From: Candidatus Rariloculaceae bacterium
Lineage (GTDB): Bacteria; Pseudomonadota; Gammaproteobacteria; Steroidobacterales; Rariloculaceae
Assembly (NCBI GenBank): GCA_045561055.1
Contig: JBJKYL010000017.1
Span: 325,604-389,603 of the forward strand
Direction: 5' to 3'
DNA: 64,000 nt
Shown: in pieces, positions 28,059-37,167 of the stretch
How the letters are laid out: each line of letters starts with the position of its first letter
How positions within the stretch are numbered: position 1 is the stretch's first letter
The notes under the pieces: model-generated
Databases searched by the model: none
Seen by the model: only the letters and a program-made list of their open reading frames with translations
What the model was told of the DNA's origin: nothing
Position numbers and translations under genes: made by a program

Positions 28059-29516
28059 ATGTCGCTACTGGCCTCCAGCGTAAGACATTTGGCCCTAGCG
28101 GCCTCTCTGGCCCTAGGTTGTTCTCTATGGCTTGCTGCACAAGAAGCTCCCGATAACAGCCCTACGTCCGTAAACACAAATATAGCAACCCTGATAACGA
28201 TTAGTGGGGCTATCGGCCCCGCCACTGCCGACTATCTGGTCCGTGGTATAGAGAGCGCTGAGGAAGCCGGATCAACACTCATATTCGTCGTTATGGACAC
28301 CCCTGGTGGGCTAGACTCTTCAATGCGCCAAATGATACAGGCCATTCTTAACTCCTCGGTACCCGTCGCTACCTATGTCTCCCCGCAAGGTGCCCGTGCA
28401 GCGAGTGCCGGAACGTATATCCTGTACGCAAGCCATATTGCCGCGATGGCTCCGGCAACAAATCTCGGCGCGGCGACCCCTGTCGCTATTGGTGGCAGTG
28501 GCGGTCCTCCAGCTGCGCCAACAGAAGATGACGATACCAATACCGATACAACCGAGACTGAAGCTGAAACGATCGATGATACAAGCGAAGATGAGACAGC
28601 AGAATCTGACATCCCGGCACTGACAACGGCGATGGAGCGTAAAGCGGTCAACGATGCAGTAGCTTATATCCGTAGCCTCGCAGAACGTCGGGGCCGTAAC
28701 GCTGACTGGGCGGAGCAGGCTGTGCGACTTGCGGAAAGCCTAAGCGCGGAACAGGCCTTAGAAGCAAACGTCATCGACCTCGTTGCTGACAATCTTGGCG
28801 ATCTAGTAGAACAACTCGATGGTCTTTCGGTGGAAATAGACGGTGAGGATATAACACTTGAAACCACCGGCTTATTGATCGAACGGTTTGACCCTGACTG
28901 GCGCACCCAATTTCTAGAAGTGATTAGCAACCCGACTGTAGCCTACATGCTGATGCTACTCGGGATCTACGGGCTGATATTCGAAGGCTATAACCCTGGG
29001 GCGATCGTCCCGGGCGTTGTCGGCGCGATTTCCCTGTTGCTCGCATTATTCTCATTTCAAATCCTACCCGTAAATTACGCAGGCCTTGCACTGATCGTCC
29101 TGGGTATCATATTGATATTCAGCGAATTCCTTGTGCCAAGTTTCGGTGCGCTTGGAATGGGCGGTATTGCCGCCTTTGTGTTCGGCTCTGTTATTCTCAT
29201 CGACTCGGATGTTCCCGGATTCGGGGTCTCTATTAGCCTAATCGTCTCTATCGCCACGGCAGGCGCTTTAACTTTATTCGGTATTGTCTGGTTCGCCATT
29301 CGCTCGCGCGAACGGCCTATAGTCAGTGGTCAAGAAGAATTAATCGGCGAGACCGTCGAGGCACTGGAGGACTTTCAAGACGAAGGTCACGTCTGGGTTC
29401 ACGGCGAGCGTTGGAACGCGCGTAGTACAAGCCCCGTTACGAGAGGGCAACGCTTACGCGTTATCATGATTGACGGGCTCGTCTTACAAGTAGAACCCAC
29501 CACCACAAATCAATAA
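28059..29516 (+). CDS. NfeD-family membrane-bound ClpP-class serine protease
   Basis: 485 aa. Signal, ClpP-like domain (VMDTPGGLDSSM...ARAASAGTYI), TM bundle and a C-terminal OB domain. Carries an acidic ~40-aa insertion. Confidence 0.85.
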   Translation: MSLLASSVRHLALAASLALGCSLWLAAQEAPDNSPTSVNTNIATLITISGAIGPATADYLVRGIESAEEAGSTLIFVVMDTPGGLDSSMRQMIQAILNSSVPVATYVSPQGARAASAGTYILYASHIAAMAPATNLGAATPVAIGGSGGPPAAPTEDDDTNTDTTETEAETIDDTSEDETAESDIPALTTAMERKAVNDAVAYIRSLAERRGRNADWAEQAVRLAESLSAEQALEANVIDLVADNLGDLVEQLDGLSVEIDGEDITLETTGLLIERFDPDWRTQFLEVISNPTVAYMLMLLGIYGLIFEGYNPGAIVPGVVGAISLLLALFSFQILPVNYAGLALIVLGIILIFSEFLVPSFGALGMGGIAAFVFGSVILIDSDVPGFGVSISLIVSIATAGALTLFGIVWFAIRSRERPIVSGQEELIGETVEALEDFQDEGHVWVHGERWNARSTSPVTRGQRLRVIMIDGLVLQVEPTTTNQ

Positions 29517-29529
29517 ATAAGGAACAGCC

Positions 29530-30297
29530 ATGTTATTCGAATTACCTGCCATTTTAACCCTTGCGATCGTCGCTCTCCTCTATAGCGCGATCAAAATTTT
29601 GCGGGAGTACGAGCGAGGCGTGATTTTCCTGCTTGGCCGGTTTTGGAAAGTAAAGGGGCCCGGCATCATCATCGTCGTACCTGGAATCCAAAAAATGATC
29701 CGTGTCGATCTGCGGACCGTTGTCATGGACGTCCCACCACAAGATGTCATCTCTCGCGACAACGTCTCGGTAAAAGTCAGCGCCGTTCTTTATTTCCGAG
29801 TCATGGACCCAGAAAAATCTATCATCCAAGTCGAAAACCGGGTCGAGGCCACGAGTCAGCTAGCGCAGACAACGCTTCGCTCCGTTCTCGGGCAGCATGA
29901 ATTAGACGACATGCTTGCCGAACGAGAAAAGCTGAACTCAGATATTCAAGAAATCCTCGACCAGACGACCGAGAGCTGGGGCATTAAAGTAACTAACGTT
30001 GAAATCAAACATATCGATCTAGACGAAAGCATGATCCGTGCTATCGCCGCTCAAGCCGAGGCCGAACGTGCCCGGCGCGCGAAAGTCATCCACGCCGAAG
30101 GTGAATTTCAAGCCTCGGAAAAACTGGCAGATGCCGCGAATGTGTTATCTAGTCAACCGCAAGCACTGCAACTGCGTTATCTGCAGACATTGACCGAAAT
30201 ATCAAGTGAAAAAAATACCAACACGATCGTGTTCCCGCTGCCTCTCGATCTCATCAAGCCGATCTACGATCGACTTAAAAAACCCAGCGACGAATAG
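29530..30297 (+). CDS. SPFH/band-7 stomatin-like protein (slipin)
   Basis: 255 aa with an N-terminal TM and an SPFH core ([14 protein letters not shown]...[20 protein letters not shown]...). Canonical partner of NfeD. Confidence 0.9.
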   Translation: MLFELPAILTLAIVALLYSAIKILREYERGVIFLLGRFWKVKGPGIIIVVPGIQKMIRVDLRTVVMDVPPQDVISRDNVSVKVSAVLYFRVMDPEKSIIQVENRVEATSQLAQTTLRSVLGQHELDDMLAEREKLNSDIQEILDQTTESWGIKVTNVEIKHIDLDESMIRAIAAQAEAERARRAKVIHAEGEFQASEKLADAANVLSSQPQALQLRYLQTLTEISSEKNTNTIVFPLPLDLIKPIYDRLKKPSDE

Positions 30298-30364
30298 AAA
30301 AGCAAGATTATTGAAGGCGGAGACCGCGTGCTGAAGTGGTGGTCACTAGCTAGCAATCAAAAAA

Positions 30365-30388
30365 ACGGCACCTCCGAAGAGGTGCCGT
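30365..30388 (-). terminator. Rho-independent terminator (minus orientation) downstream of the TonB-receptor relic
   Basis: ACGGCACCTC-CGAA-GAGGTGCCGT. The U-tract is on the minus strand only (plus strand reads AAAAAAA just before the stem, 30358-30364). Confidence 0.7.
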
Positions 30389-30423
30389 TCGCAAAGACAC
30401 AAAAAATCTTTTCAGGGGTTTAG

Positions 30424-30735
30424 CTAGCCATCCCAGCTATAGTTCCACTCAAGACCCCACTGTGCGGGAGCACCGTGCCGATAGTCGAATACACCAGATC
30501 GCGAAGCGCCACAAACCTGAAAATATTCTGCGCCGTTTATATTGGAGCCGAATAGCGCAGCCTGCCAATTTTCAGATGCAGGTGCGTAGGTTACGCGGGC
30601 CCGGAACATTGAGTAGGCCTCCTGGTTACAATAAGAAGGACCGCCACCCACCTTACCGGTAGCACTACCACGGAAATCATAATCAGTCTGGGATTCGATT
30701 GATCTTCTTACTGAGCCCGAAATTTTCGTTAAAAG
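30424..30735 (-). pseudogene. C-terminal ~100-codon relic of a TonB-dependent receptor
   Basis: Open frame from the TAG at 30736-30738 reads ...QTDYDFRGSATGKVGGGPSYCNQEAYSMFRARVTYAPASENWQAALFGSNINGAEYF...GAPAQWGLEWNYSWDG*. These are the last beta-strands and aromatic C-terminus typical of TBDRs. No plug or barrel lies upstream; an unrelated gene ends at 30781. Confidence 0.65.
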
Positions 30736-30780
30736 CTAGAACAAAAATCGCTAATCATAACTAGTATGATCCCGCCACAA

Positions 30781-33156
30781 TTAGGTACTAGCGTTCATGC
30801 CCTCGAGCACACGTTGTGGCGTAAAGGGCGCTCGACGCATCCAAACACCAGTTGCATCATGAATGGCATTAGCAACTGCAGCGATCATCGGTTTATGACT
30901 TGCTTCGCCAGCACCATATGGCCGCAGATCGGCGCGCTCCGGTCTGGGGTCACCGTTCACAACAATGACTTCAATCGATTCCGGCGTATCCGAATGCCGG
31001 AGACTCGGGTAGGACGCCCAGTCGGTACTCGTCACTTTTTCAGTATCAAACCGAACCTCTTCCCAAAGTGCACGGCTTAGGCCGTGCAACATCGCACATT
31101 CGACAGTTTGACGTAGGCCTACGGGATTAATTACGAGCCCACAATCGTGAGCACAAACTAAACGCTTAACCCAGACACGACCGGTGTCACGATTGACCTC
31201 TACTTCGGCAACCGTAGCCACAATAGTGCCGTTACGAAATGTATAGGCGATACCGCGTCCGGGCAGAATCCGACCTACATTGACTCCTACGCTCAAATTC
31301 GGCGAGGGTCGCGAGTCCCATCCGTAAGCCTCTGCCGCAGCGCGAACAGTCGCGAGCGAACGGGCACGGCGAAAGAGGTCATCCTCGGTACTACGAGCCA
31401 ACATATCGAGACGAAACTCAACAGGGTCAGCCCTAGCTGCTACCGCCAACTCATCGATAAAAGACTCAAACGCAAACGTTACCTGGGGCCCATTCGGATC
31501 CCGTAAGTTGCCGGTACGAAGTGGCGTCTCCCAAATCATCGGAAGCTTGACGACTCGGGCGGTTAGCCGTCGGTTCGGAATAGCATACATATTAGACACC
31601 CTAGCAGCCGGCCCTTCGGCAGGGCTCTCAGGGCGAATGCCCATCAGTTGAGCAATTAGAACAGTGTGAGAATCGTTGTAGCCGAGATGATTATAGGCGA
31701 GCGCACGAGCATCGTATTCAAGCGCTACAATCTTGCCATCAGCGTCGAGCCCACCACGCAGTTTAAACGTATAGGCGGGACCCTTTGTATCCCACGCCGT
31801 CTCCTCATCACGCATCCACTGCAAACGAACCGGCACCCCCAGTTCGTGAGCCAGGAATGCCGCCTCAAAACCAACGTCATCAGCAGCGGAGCGACCATAA
31901 ACCTGAGGCCCGTCCATGTATACAACCCGCACTTGCTCCCTAGGCAAATTGAGAAACTCTGCAACACCGCTCCGCAAACCATAAGACTTCATATCATTTG
32001 AGTAGATCGTCATTTGACCATCGGAGGGATCAGCTAGCGCATGCGCCGGCCCGATCGCCGTATGGCCTTGAAACGGGACTTCATAATCCGCTTCTATAAC
32101 AAAATCAGCGTTCTCGAGTTCCGTATCTGGATTACCTTGAACGTCTCTCTCACGATTAGATGTAGGAATGGCATTTCGCATGTAGTCGAATAACTTATCT
32201 GATTCAGGAAATGGGGCCACAGACGGAGGTATCCATACTGCCTTCAACTGTTGGGCGGCATTGATAGCCTGCTCTTCTCGCTCACTGACCACCGCTAGAT
32301 AGTTCCCGCGATTAACTACCTGGACGAAACCCGGCAAACCTGAAACCGACGATTCATCGATGCTTTGCAGGGTTGCGCCAACGACTGGCGGTCTTACATT
32401 CCGCGCATGCACCATACCCGGCAACTTCACATCAGCAGCCCAGGTTAGCGAGCCGTCAACCTTAGCTGGGATGTCGTACCGCTGAATTGGCTGCCCAACC
32501 ACGCGAAGCTCATTGACCGGCTTTACGTCAGCTACTCCACGAGTAGCATTAATATTGTCGCCGGTCAGCCCAATCTGAAACCTCTCTCCGCCTAAGAGCT
32601 CAGCGTAGGAAACCGATTTGGCTGTGTCTAGCTTCGAGGAAATCATCGCGTCACGAACCGTAAGCCCGTCCACCGGGGTATTTAGTTGATCGGAGGCAAG
32701 TTCTAGTAAGACGCGCCTTGCCTCAGCAGCCACCCACCGCATCGGCCAGCCATCACGCTCAATAGCGTCCGAGCCTCCCGAGCCTCCTTGATCAGGCGTC
32801 GTGTCAGTACTGCCCATGATGAGACTCGTTTTGTCATAAGCAATGTCAAGTTCGTCACACATCATCTGTCGAAACGCGGTGCCAGTGCCCTGACCACCAT
32901 CGGTCTTGCCAAGGAAAAATGTCGCGGTGTTATCGGGGTGGATAACGATCCATGTGTCAAGCTGCAGAGGATCTGGATCTGGGTAAAGCCCTTCGCCTGC
33001 AGCCTGTGCAAGTGCTCGCCCCACTGGGGTAGCACTAAAGCTAAAGCTAACGACTAGGGCACCAGAAGATTTCAGGAAGCTCCGTCGCGAAGCAGTAGGA
33101 TTAACTGCTAGAAGTGTCTCCTCAAGAAACTTCGGAAGCCGAAGTACACCGCTCAT
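30781..33156 (-). CDS. Tat-exported molybdopterin-binding subunit of an IorB-type aldehyde/heterocycle dehydrogenase (xanthine dehydrogenase family)
   Basis: 791 aa. Twin-arginine motif SRRSFLK plus an h-region, then IPAKVDGSLTWAADVKLPGMVHARNVRPP and later Mo-cofactor domain patterns. ATGA overlap with the upstream 2Fe-2S subunit gene. Confidence 0.85.
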   Translation of the reverse strand: MSGVLRLPKFLEETLLAVNPTASRRSFLKSSGALVVSFSFSATPVGRALAQAAGEGLYPDPDPLQLDTWIVIHPDNTATFFLGKTDGGQGTGTAFRQMMCDELDIAYDKTSLIMGSTDTTPDQGGSGGSDAIERDGWPMRWVAAEARRVLLELASDQLNTPVDGLTVRDAMISSKLDTAKSVSYAELLGGERFQIGLTGDNINATRGVADVKPVNELRVVGQPIQRYDIPAKVDGSLTWAADVKLPGMVHARNVRPPVVGATLQSIDESSVSGLPGFVQVVNRGNYLAVVSEREEQAINAAQQLKAVWIPPSVAPFPESDKLFDYMRNAIPTSNRERDVQGNPDTELENADFVIEADYEVPFQGHTAIGPAHALADPSDGQMTIYSNDMKSYGLRSGVAEFLNLPREQVRVVYMDGPQVYGRSAADDVGFEAAFLAHELGVPVRLQWMRDEETAWDTKGPAYTFKLRGGLDADGKIVALEYDARALAYNHLGYNDSHTVLIAQLMGIRPESPAEGPAARVSNMYAIPNRRLTARVVKLPMIWETPLRTGNLRDPNGPQVTFAFESFIDELAVAARADPVEFRLDMLARSTEDDLFRRARSLATVRAAAEAYGWDSRPSPNLSVGVNVGRILPGRGIAYTFRNGTIVATVAEVEVNRDTGRVWVKRLVCAHDCGLVINPVGLRQTVECAMLHGLSRALWEEVRFDTEKVTSTDWASYPSLRHSDTPESIEVIVVNGDPRPERADLRPYGAGEASHKPMIAAVANAIHDATGVWMRRAPFTPQRVLEGMNAST

Positions 33157-33698
33157 TCGATCGCCTCGGGTTCATTGGCTGCTACAGAAGCGGACAGAAT
33201 CGACGAAGCAGCTTGTTCGTCACTATCCAGCACAGTACCTGTCATCATGCTCGCCGCTCGTTTGATCGCAGCCTGAATTCGGTAATAAGTCATACAACGA
33301 CATAGCACGCCTTCCATCCCCTCACGGATTTCGGCGTCGGTGGGGTTTGGATTCCGATCCAGCAGTGCTTTTGCGTTCATAATCTGGCCATTCTGACAAT
33401 AGCCACACTGCGGCACCTGCTCGTCTATCCAGGCCTGCTGTATTGCATCGAGCTGACCATCGTCTGAAAGTCCTTCCAGCGTCGTAATCTCTCCCCGTAC
33501 CTCCGCCGTAGGCAAGATACAAGAACGAAGAGCAATGCCATCAACGATAACGGTACAAGTACCACACTGGGCAAGACCGCAGCCAAAACGTGGGCCCTGC
33601 AGTCCAAGATCGTTGCGCAGTGCGTATAGCAAGGGCATCGATTCGTCGATATCCACTTCATGGGTTGCACCATTTACACGTAACTTGACGATACTCAT
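33153..33698 (-). CDS. [2Fe-2S]-binding small subunit (IorA/CoxS-like)
   Basis: 181 aa with CGLAQCGTCTV, QCGYCQNG and LCRCMTY cysteine clusters. No signal peptide, so co-export with the Tat subunit is likely. Confidence 0.9.
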   Translation of the reverse strand: MSIVKLRVNGATHEVDIDESMPLLYALRNDLGLQGPRFGCGLAQCGTCTVIVDGIALRSCILPTAEVRGEITTLEGLSDDGQLDAIQQAWIDEQVPQCGYCQNGQIMNAKALLDRNPNPTDAEIREGMEGVLCRCMTYYRIQAAIKRAASMMTGTVLDSDEQAASSILSASVAANEPEAIE

Positions 33699-33743
33699 CT
33701 TTTGACCTCCGGGTAGGCAGTCACCCTTGACAGCCGCAATCGC

Positions 33744-34109
33744 CTACTGAATCCCAGACAGCTCTGGAATATCTTCAATCGCGGGTGGCTCTGGTACCGC
33801 GCTAACGAACTCGAATATTTTCTGTAGATCCTCATCACTCAAAACATCTGGTGAATAGGCTGGCATGAGGTTTGTATGTCGAACCAATGCAGCAAACGCT
33901 ATAAAGGGATAAATGGTCGGTGCGATACGCACCGCAGCCCCACCCTGCCCTTCATATCCGTGGCATTGCCAGCATTGATTAACGTTGTATAACTCCCGGC
34001 CCTCGTTCGCCGTATCACTAATGTCTTGCCCAGCAACTGTGGTGGATAGGAATCCCAACACGACCCAAGCTAGAAGCCATAGGTGGTTCATTGCTCTATA
34101 GCCCATCAT
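33744..34109 (-). CDS. Monoheme c-type cytochrome
   Basis: Single CWQCH heme motif and a signal peptide (MNHLWLLAWVVLGFLSTTVAG). I start at ATG 34109, which has a GAGAGG Shine-Dalgarno 8 nt after the TPP-enzyme stop; the track starts at 34133. Confidence 0.85.
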   Translation of the reverse strand: MMGYRAMNHLWLLAWVVLGFLSTTVAGQDISDTANEGRELYNVNQCWQCHGYEGQGGAAVRIAPTIYPFIAFAALVRHTNLMPAYSPDVLSDEDLQKIFEFVSAVPEPPAIEDIPELSGIQ

Positions 34110-34117
34110 TTTGCCTC

Positions 34118-36076
34118 TCACCGCGGCTGGCAAACGACATCGACGAGCGCTGGCTCACCCTGATCAACGACATCGATAGCACGCGCAAGCGCCGCTTTAA
34201 CATCTTTAGGGTCCGTTATCGGCCCCTCCGACCAAACACCCATTCCGGCCGTTATCTGAGCGAAATCTGGCGCCGGATTGTTCAGCTCGTTACCCACAAG
34301 CGAACTCCCGTCGATTCCTCGTTGTCTCCGCGCAGCCATACGTTGCAAATGCATAAATTCCTGATGATATCCTCGATTGTTATGCATGACGGTTAACATT
34401 GGGATCTTATGATACGCGGCAGTCCAGAATGTTCCGGGCACATACATCATGTCGCCATCACGCTGAATATTAATCGCAAGGCGTCCGGCGTCACGGTGAG
34501 CTAACGCCGCGCCCAAAGCTGAAGGCGCACCATAGCCTAAGCCCGCTCCCCCTGAACGGCCGATATATTGATAGTGTTGATCGACAGCCCATAACCGTCT
34601 CGCCCAACGACTTTGAGAATTATCGTCGGAGACAAGCGCCCAGTCGCGATCTTTCACAAGATCCCATAGCTCCATATAAAGCCGTGCCGTGCTGACAGGG
34701 CTTGAATCCCATCCGTAGCGCGCTGCATCAATACTCGCAGTACGCGCCAGCGCATGTGCTGCTCGCCAGCGCTCTTCACGCTGCGCATTACTCGCACGTC
34801 TGGCTCTGGTCATGTAGCGACGAACGGCCTCCGTCAATGCTGGTAGAGAAGTCTGTCCGTCACCAGCAATTGAGAGATCAGCGGCATTATAACGCTGGAA
34901 ACTTTGATAATTAGACTTCGTGAAAAGATCCTTTACTCCGATGTCGATGACGCGGACATCAGGTCGCGCCGTGCGTAGCGAATCACGATGAACGCGGTCA
35001 CGAACCGTGTTGAGAATGCCCCAGGTGTCATAGAGCTCAAGACCTAAAACAACATCAGCCTGCGCGATTACATTAGCTCCCTGAGACAAATAGTGCGTGT
35101 TAGGAAAATTCACTCGACCGAATTGGTTATAAATAGGAGCCTGCAACTCTTCAGCTAGTTCGATAAGCGCATCAATCCCATCCTGATTGTGCGCCATGAG
35201 ATCTACCGCAATAGCCGGAGATTCAGCTTCAACAAGCCAACGTGCAGCTTCATCCAGTGCAGAAAGATCACCATGCGGTGGCTGGGTTGGTGCAACACCC
35301 GGTATCGTCGGTGCCTGGTCACCAACTTCGCCTTCCTGGAGATGTCCGTCGATAATAACGACTACTGGCCCCATCGGTGGCGTAGTCGCAATTTTATAGG
35401 CACGCGCCATGGATTCGGAAAAGCCTTGCAAAGACAGGGGCGCGTCATCCCACTTCGTATAGTCTCTAACCACTCTTGCCGCATCCTGCGCCGAGTGCGA
35501 CCACTCAACTCCCGTACGTCTTTCAGTTGCCTCTAGATGATTGCCACCAAGTATGAGCATTGGGGACCGATCACACCACGCATTATAAATAGCCATGGAC
35601 GCATGCTGTAAGCCGACAGTACTGTGAACAAGTACCGCTAGTGGCTGTCCAGCGGCGGCCTTAGAGTAGCCATGTGCCATTGCAACCGCTTGCTCTTCAT
35701 GCGTACAGGTTAATAATTCTGGTGCCGTGTTCTTACCGTAATTAACAACAGATTCATGTAGCCCGCGGAAACTCGAACCGGGATTCGTCGTCATAAAGTC
35801 AAAACCGATGTCTTTGATGACATCAACCATGAAATCGGAACCTGGGTGCCGAACAAAATACTCCATCGCCTCGTCGGCACCGTAACCATCGGGCGTACCA
35901 GACTCCATCGCCTCCTGAGCAGCGGTTGGCGGTGATACAGCGGTCTCCTGCCCGTTAGTTGCACCACCCTCCTGCGCAGCAGCAGGTTTGGTCAATGCTG
36001 CAGCGGCAACGCCAGCTGTCGCAGTAGAAAGAAACTCACGGCGATTTACGCCCTCTGGCTTTTCTTCGTCTTTCAT
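34118..36076 (-). CDS. Tat-signal-bearing thiamine-diphosphate-dependent enzyme (acetolactate synthase / benzoylformate decarboxylase superfamily)
   Basis: 652 aa. N-terminal NRREFLSTATAGVAAAALTKPAAA|QE is a twin-arginine signal. Then a TPP_enzyme_N-like region (THEEQAVAMAHGYSKAAGQPLAVLVHSTVGLQHA), a middle domain and a C-terminal PP-binding region (GGAGLGYGAPSALGAAL...NNRGY). Confidence 0.8.
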   Translation of the reverse strand: MKDEEKPEGVNRREFLSTATAGVAAAALTKPAAAQEGGATNGQETAVSPPTAAQEAMESGTPDGYGADEAMEYFVRHPGSDFMVDVIKDIGFDFMTTNPGSSFRGLHESVVNYGKNTAPELLTCTHEEQAVAMAHGYSKAAAGQPLAVLVHSTVGLQHASMAIYNAWCDRSPMLILGGNHLEATERRTGVEWSHSAQDAARVVRDYTKWDDAPLSLQGFSESMARAYKIATTPPMGPVVVIIDGHLQEGEVGDQAPTIPGVAPTQPPHGDLSALDEAARWLVEAESPAIAVDLMAHNQDGIDALIELAEELQAPIYNQFGRVNFPNTHYLSQGANVIAQADVVLGLELYDTWGILNTVRDRVHRDSLRTARPDVRVIDIGVKDLFTKSNYQSFQRYNAADLSIAGDGQTSLPALTEAVRRYMTRARRASNAQREERWRAAHALARTASIDAARYGWDSSPVSTARLYMELWDLVKDRDWALVSDDNSQSRWARRLWAVDQHYQYIGRSGGAGLGYGAPSALGAALAHRDAGRLAINIQRDGDMMYVPGTFWTAAYHKIPMLTVMHNNRGYHQEFMHLQRMAARRQRGIDGSSLVGNELNNPAPDFAQITAGMGVWSEGPITDPKDVKAALARAIDVVDQGEPALVDVVCQPR

Positions 36077-36240
36077 TACAGCCCCTGTATTTGGAGAGCG
36101 AGAATGAACCTAGAAGCATAGAACGTGGAGCGTTTGTTTACCACTTTGAACGCCCCCTAAGGACCCTGCCACGCTCCTCTCTAAAAATATTTTTTATTAT
36201 CTGTCATGATTGCCGCGAATCTTAATTCTAGTGGAAACCA

Positions 36241-37167
36241 CTAGGTAATTGCTCGATTGTAGTAAGTTAGATCAATATATCGGTCGATATTGCGGAGCGC
36301 CTCTTCCGTTTGCATGTAACAATTACGCAGGTCGAGAACAGTCTTCATCCCCAATCCATCTAGCGCAGCGAGGGGTGTCAAGCCGGTCTCGGGAGACAAC
36401 AACTTGGCCATAACCGCGTCCACAACACCGTCCTTTATCGCAGGCATGTTCTTCTGTAACGTGACAACAGCTTCATCATAATTATTTGGCTCTAAAGTCC
36501 ACGCCAGACCCTCAAGATAGCCTCTAATGAACGCTATCAGCGAATCGCTATGAGAAAACGCCCAATTACGGCTAACCACAAAAACCCCCCCTTGATAGCG
36601 TTTTAAAACGCTACGGCTATTCGCAAGCACCCGAAACCCATTAGCAATAGCGACACTCGTGAATGGCTCAATTGTCAACGTTCCAGCATGCTCACCCGCT
36701 TTGACCGATTCCCAACGTTGAGGGGTCGCACCGACCGGAACTTTTTTATAGTCGTCCTCACTGAGCCCAGCCTTCTCCAACATTCGATAAAGAACAAAAG
36801 CGAAACCTGTTGCTAGCGCATCTAACGCAAGCGATTTACCGTGCAAATCGTTGAAAGACTCAATCTCTGGAGCTACGACAAGCGATAACTCGAGTTGGGT
36901 AGCCCCCATAAAGGCAAATAGGTCTGGGCTTTCCTCAAAGCTGACCGCGCCCTGTCCTTCCTGATAAGCGACAACATTATCGAACGCGGTTGCGCCAATT
37001 TGAAAAGCGCCTTTTATGAGCGATTCGGCCTGATAACTAGAGCTCGGGGTCGTTTCAAGCAAAACATTTACCCCAGCAGCCTCAAAATAACCGCGCTCCA
37101 TTGCGACGAAGATCGGTAAATTTGGTGCGCCGGGAAAAGCAATAAGCCTTAAAGGATCAATAGTCAT
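36241..37167 (-). CDS. NMT1/THI5-like (SsuA-fold) protein without signal peptide
   Basis: I use ATG 37167 (MTIDPLRLIAFPGAPNLPIFVAMERGYFEAAGV...), which overlaps the CoxL-like stop (ATGA). Periplasmic-binding-protein type II fold pattern, but no N-terminal hydrophobic leader. Confidence 0.7.
   Translation of the reverse strand: MTIDPLRLIAFPGAPNLPIFVAMERGYFEAAGVNVLLETTPSSSYQAESLIKGAFQIGATAFDNVVAYQEGQGAVSFEESPDLFAFMGATQLELSLVVAPEIESFNDLHGKSLALDALATGFAFVLYRMLEKAGLSEDDYKKVPVGATPQRWESVKAGEHAGTLTIEPFTSVAIANGFRVLANSRSVLKRYQGGVFVVSRNWAFSHSDSLIAFIRGYLEGLAWTLEPNNYDEAVVTLQKNMPAIKDGVVDAVMAKLLSPETGLTPLAALDGLGMKTVLDLRNCYMQTEEALRNIDRYIDLTYYNRAIT

Noticed and set aside
34118-36076. Interpreting the TPP enzyme as sulfoacetaldehyde acetyltransferase (Xsc) feeding sulfite to the sat-apr system
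   Set aside because: Xsc is cytoplasmic. This protein has a clear Tat leader and sits in an operon with periplasmic redox partners 19 kb away from sat-apr. No pta or tau genes are adjacent.
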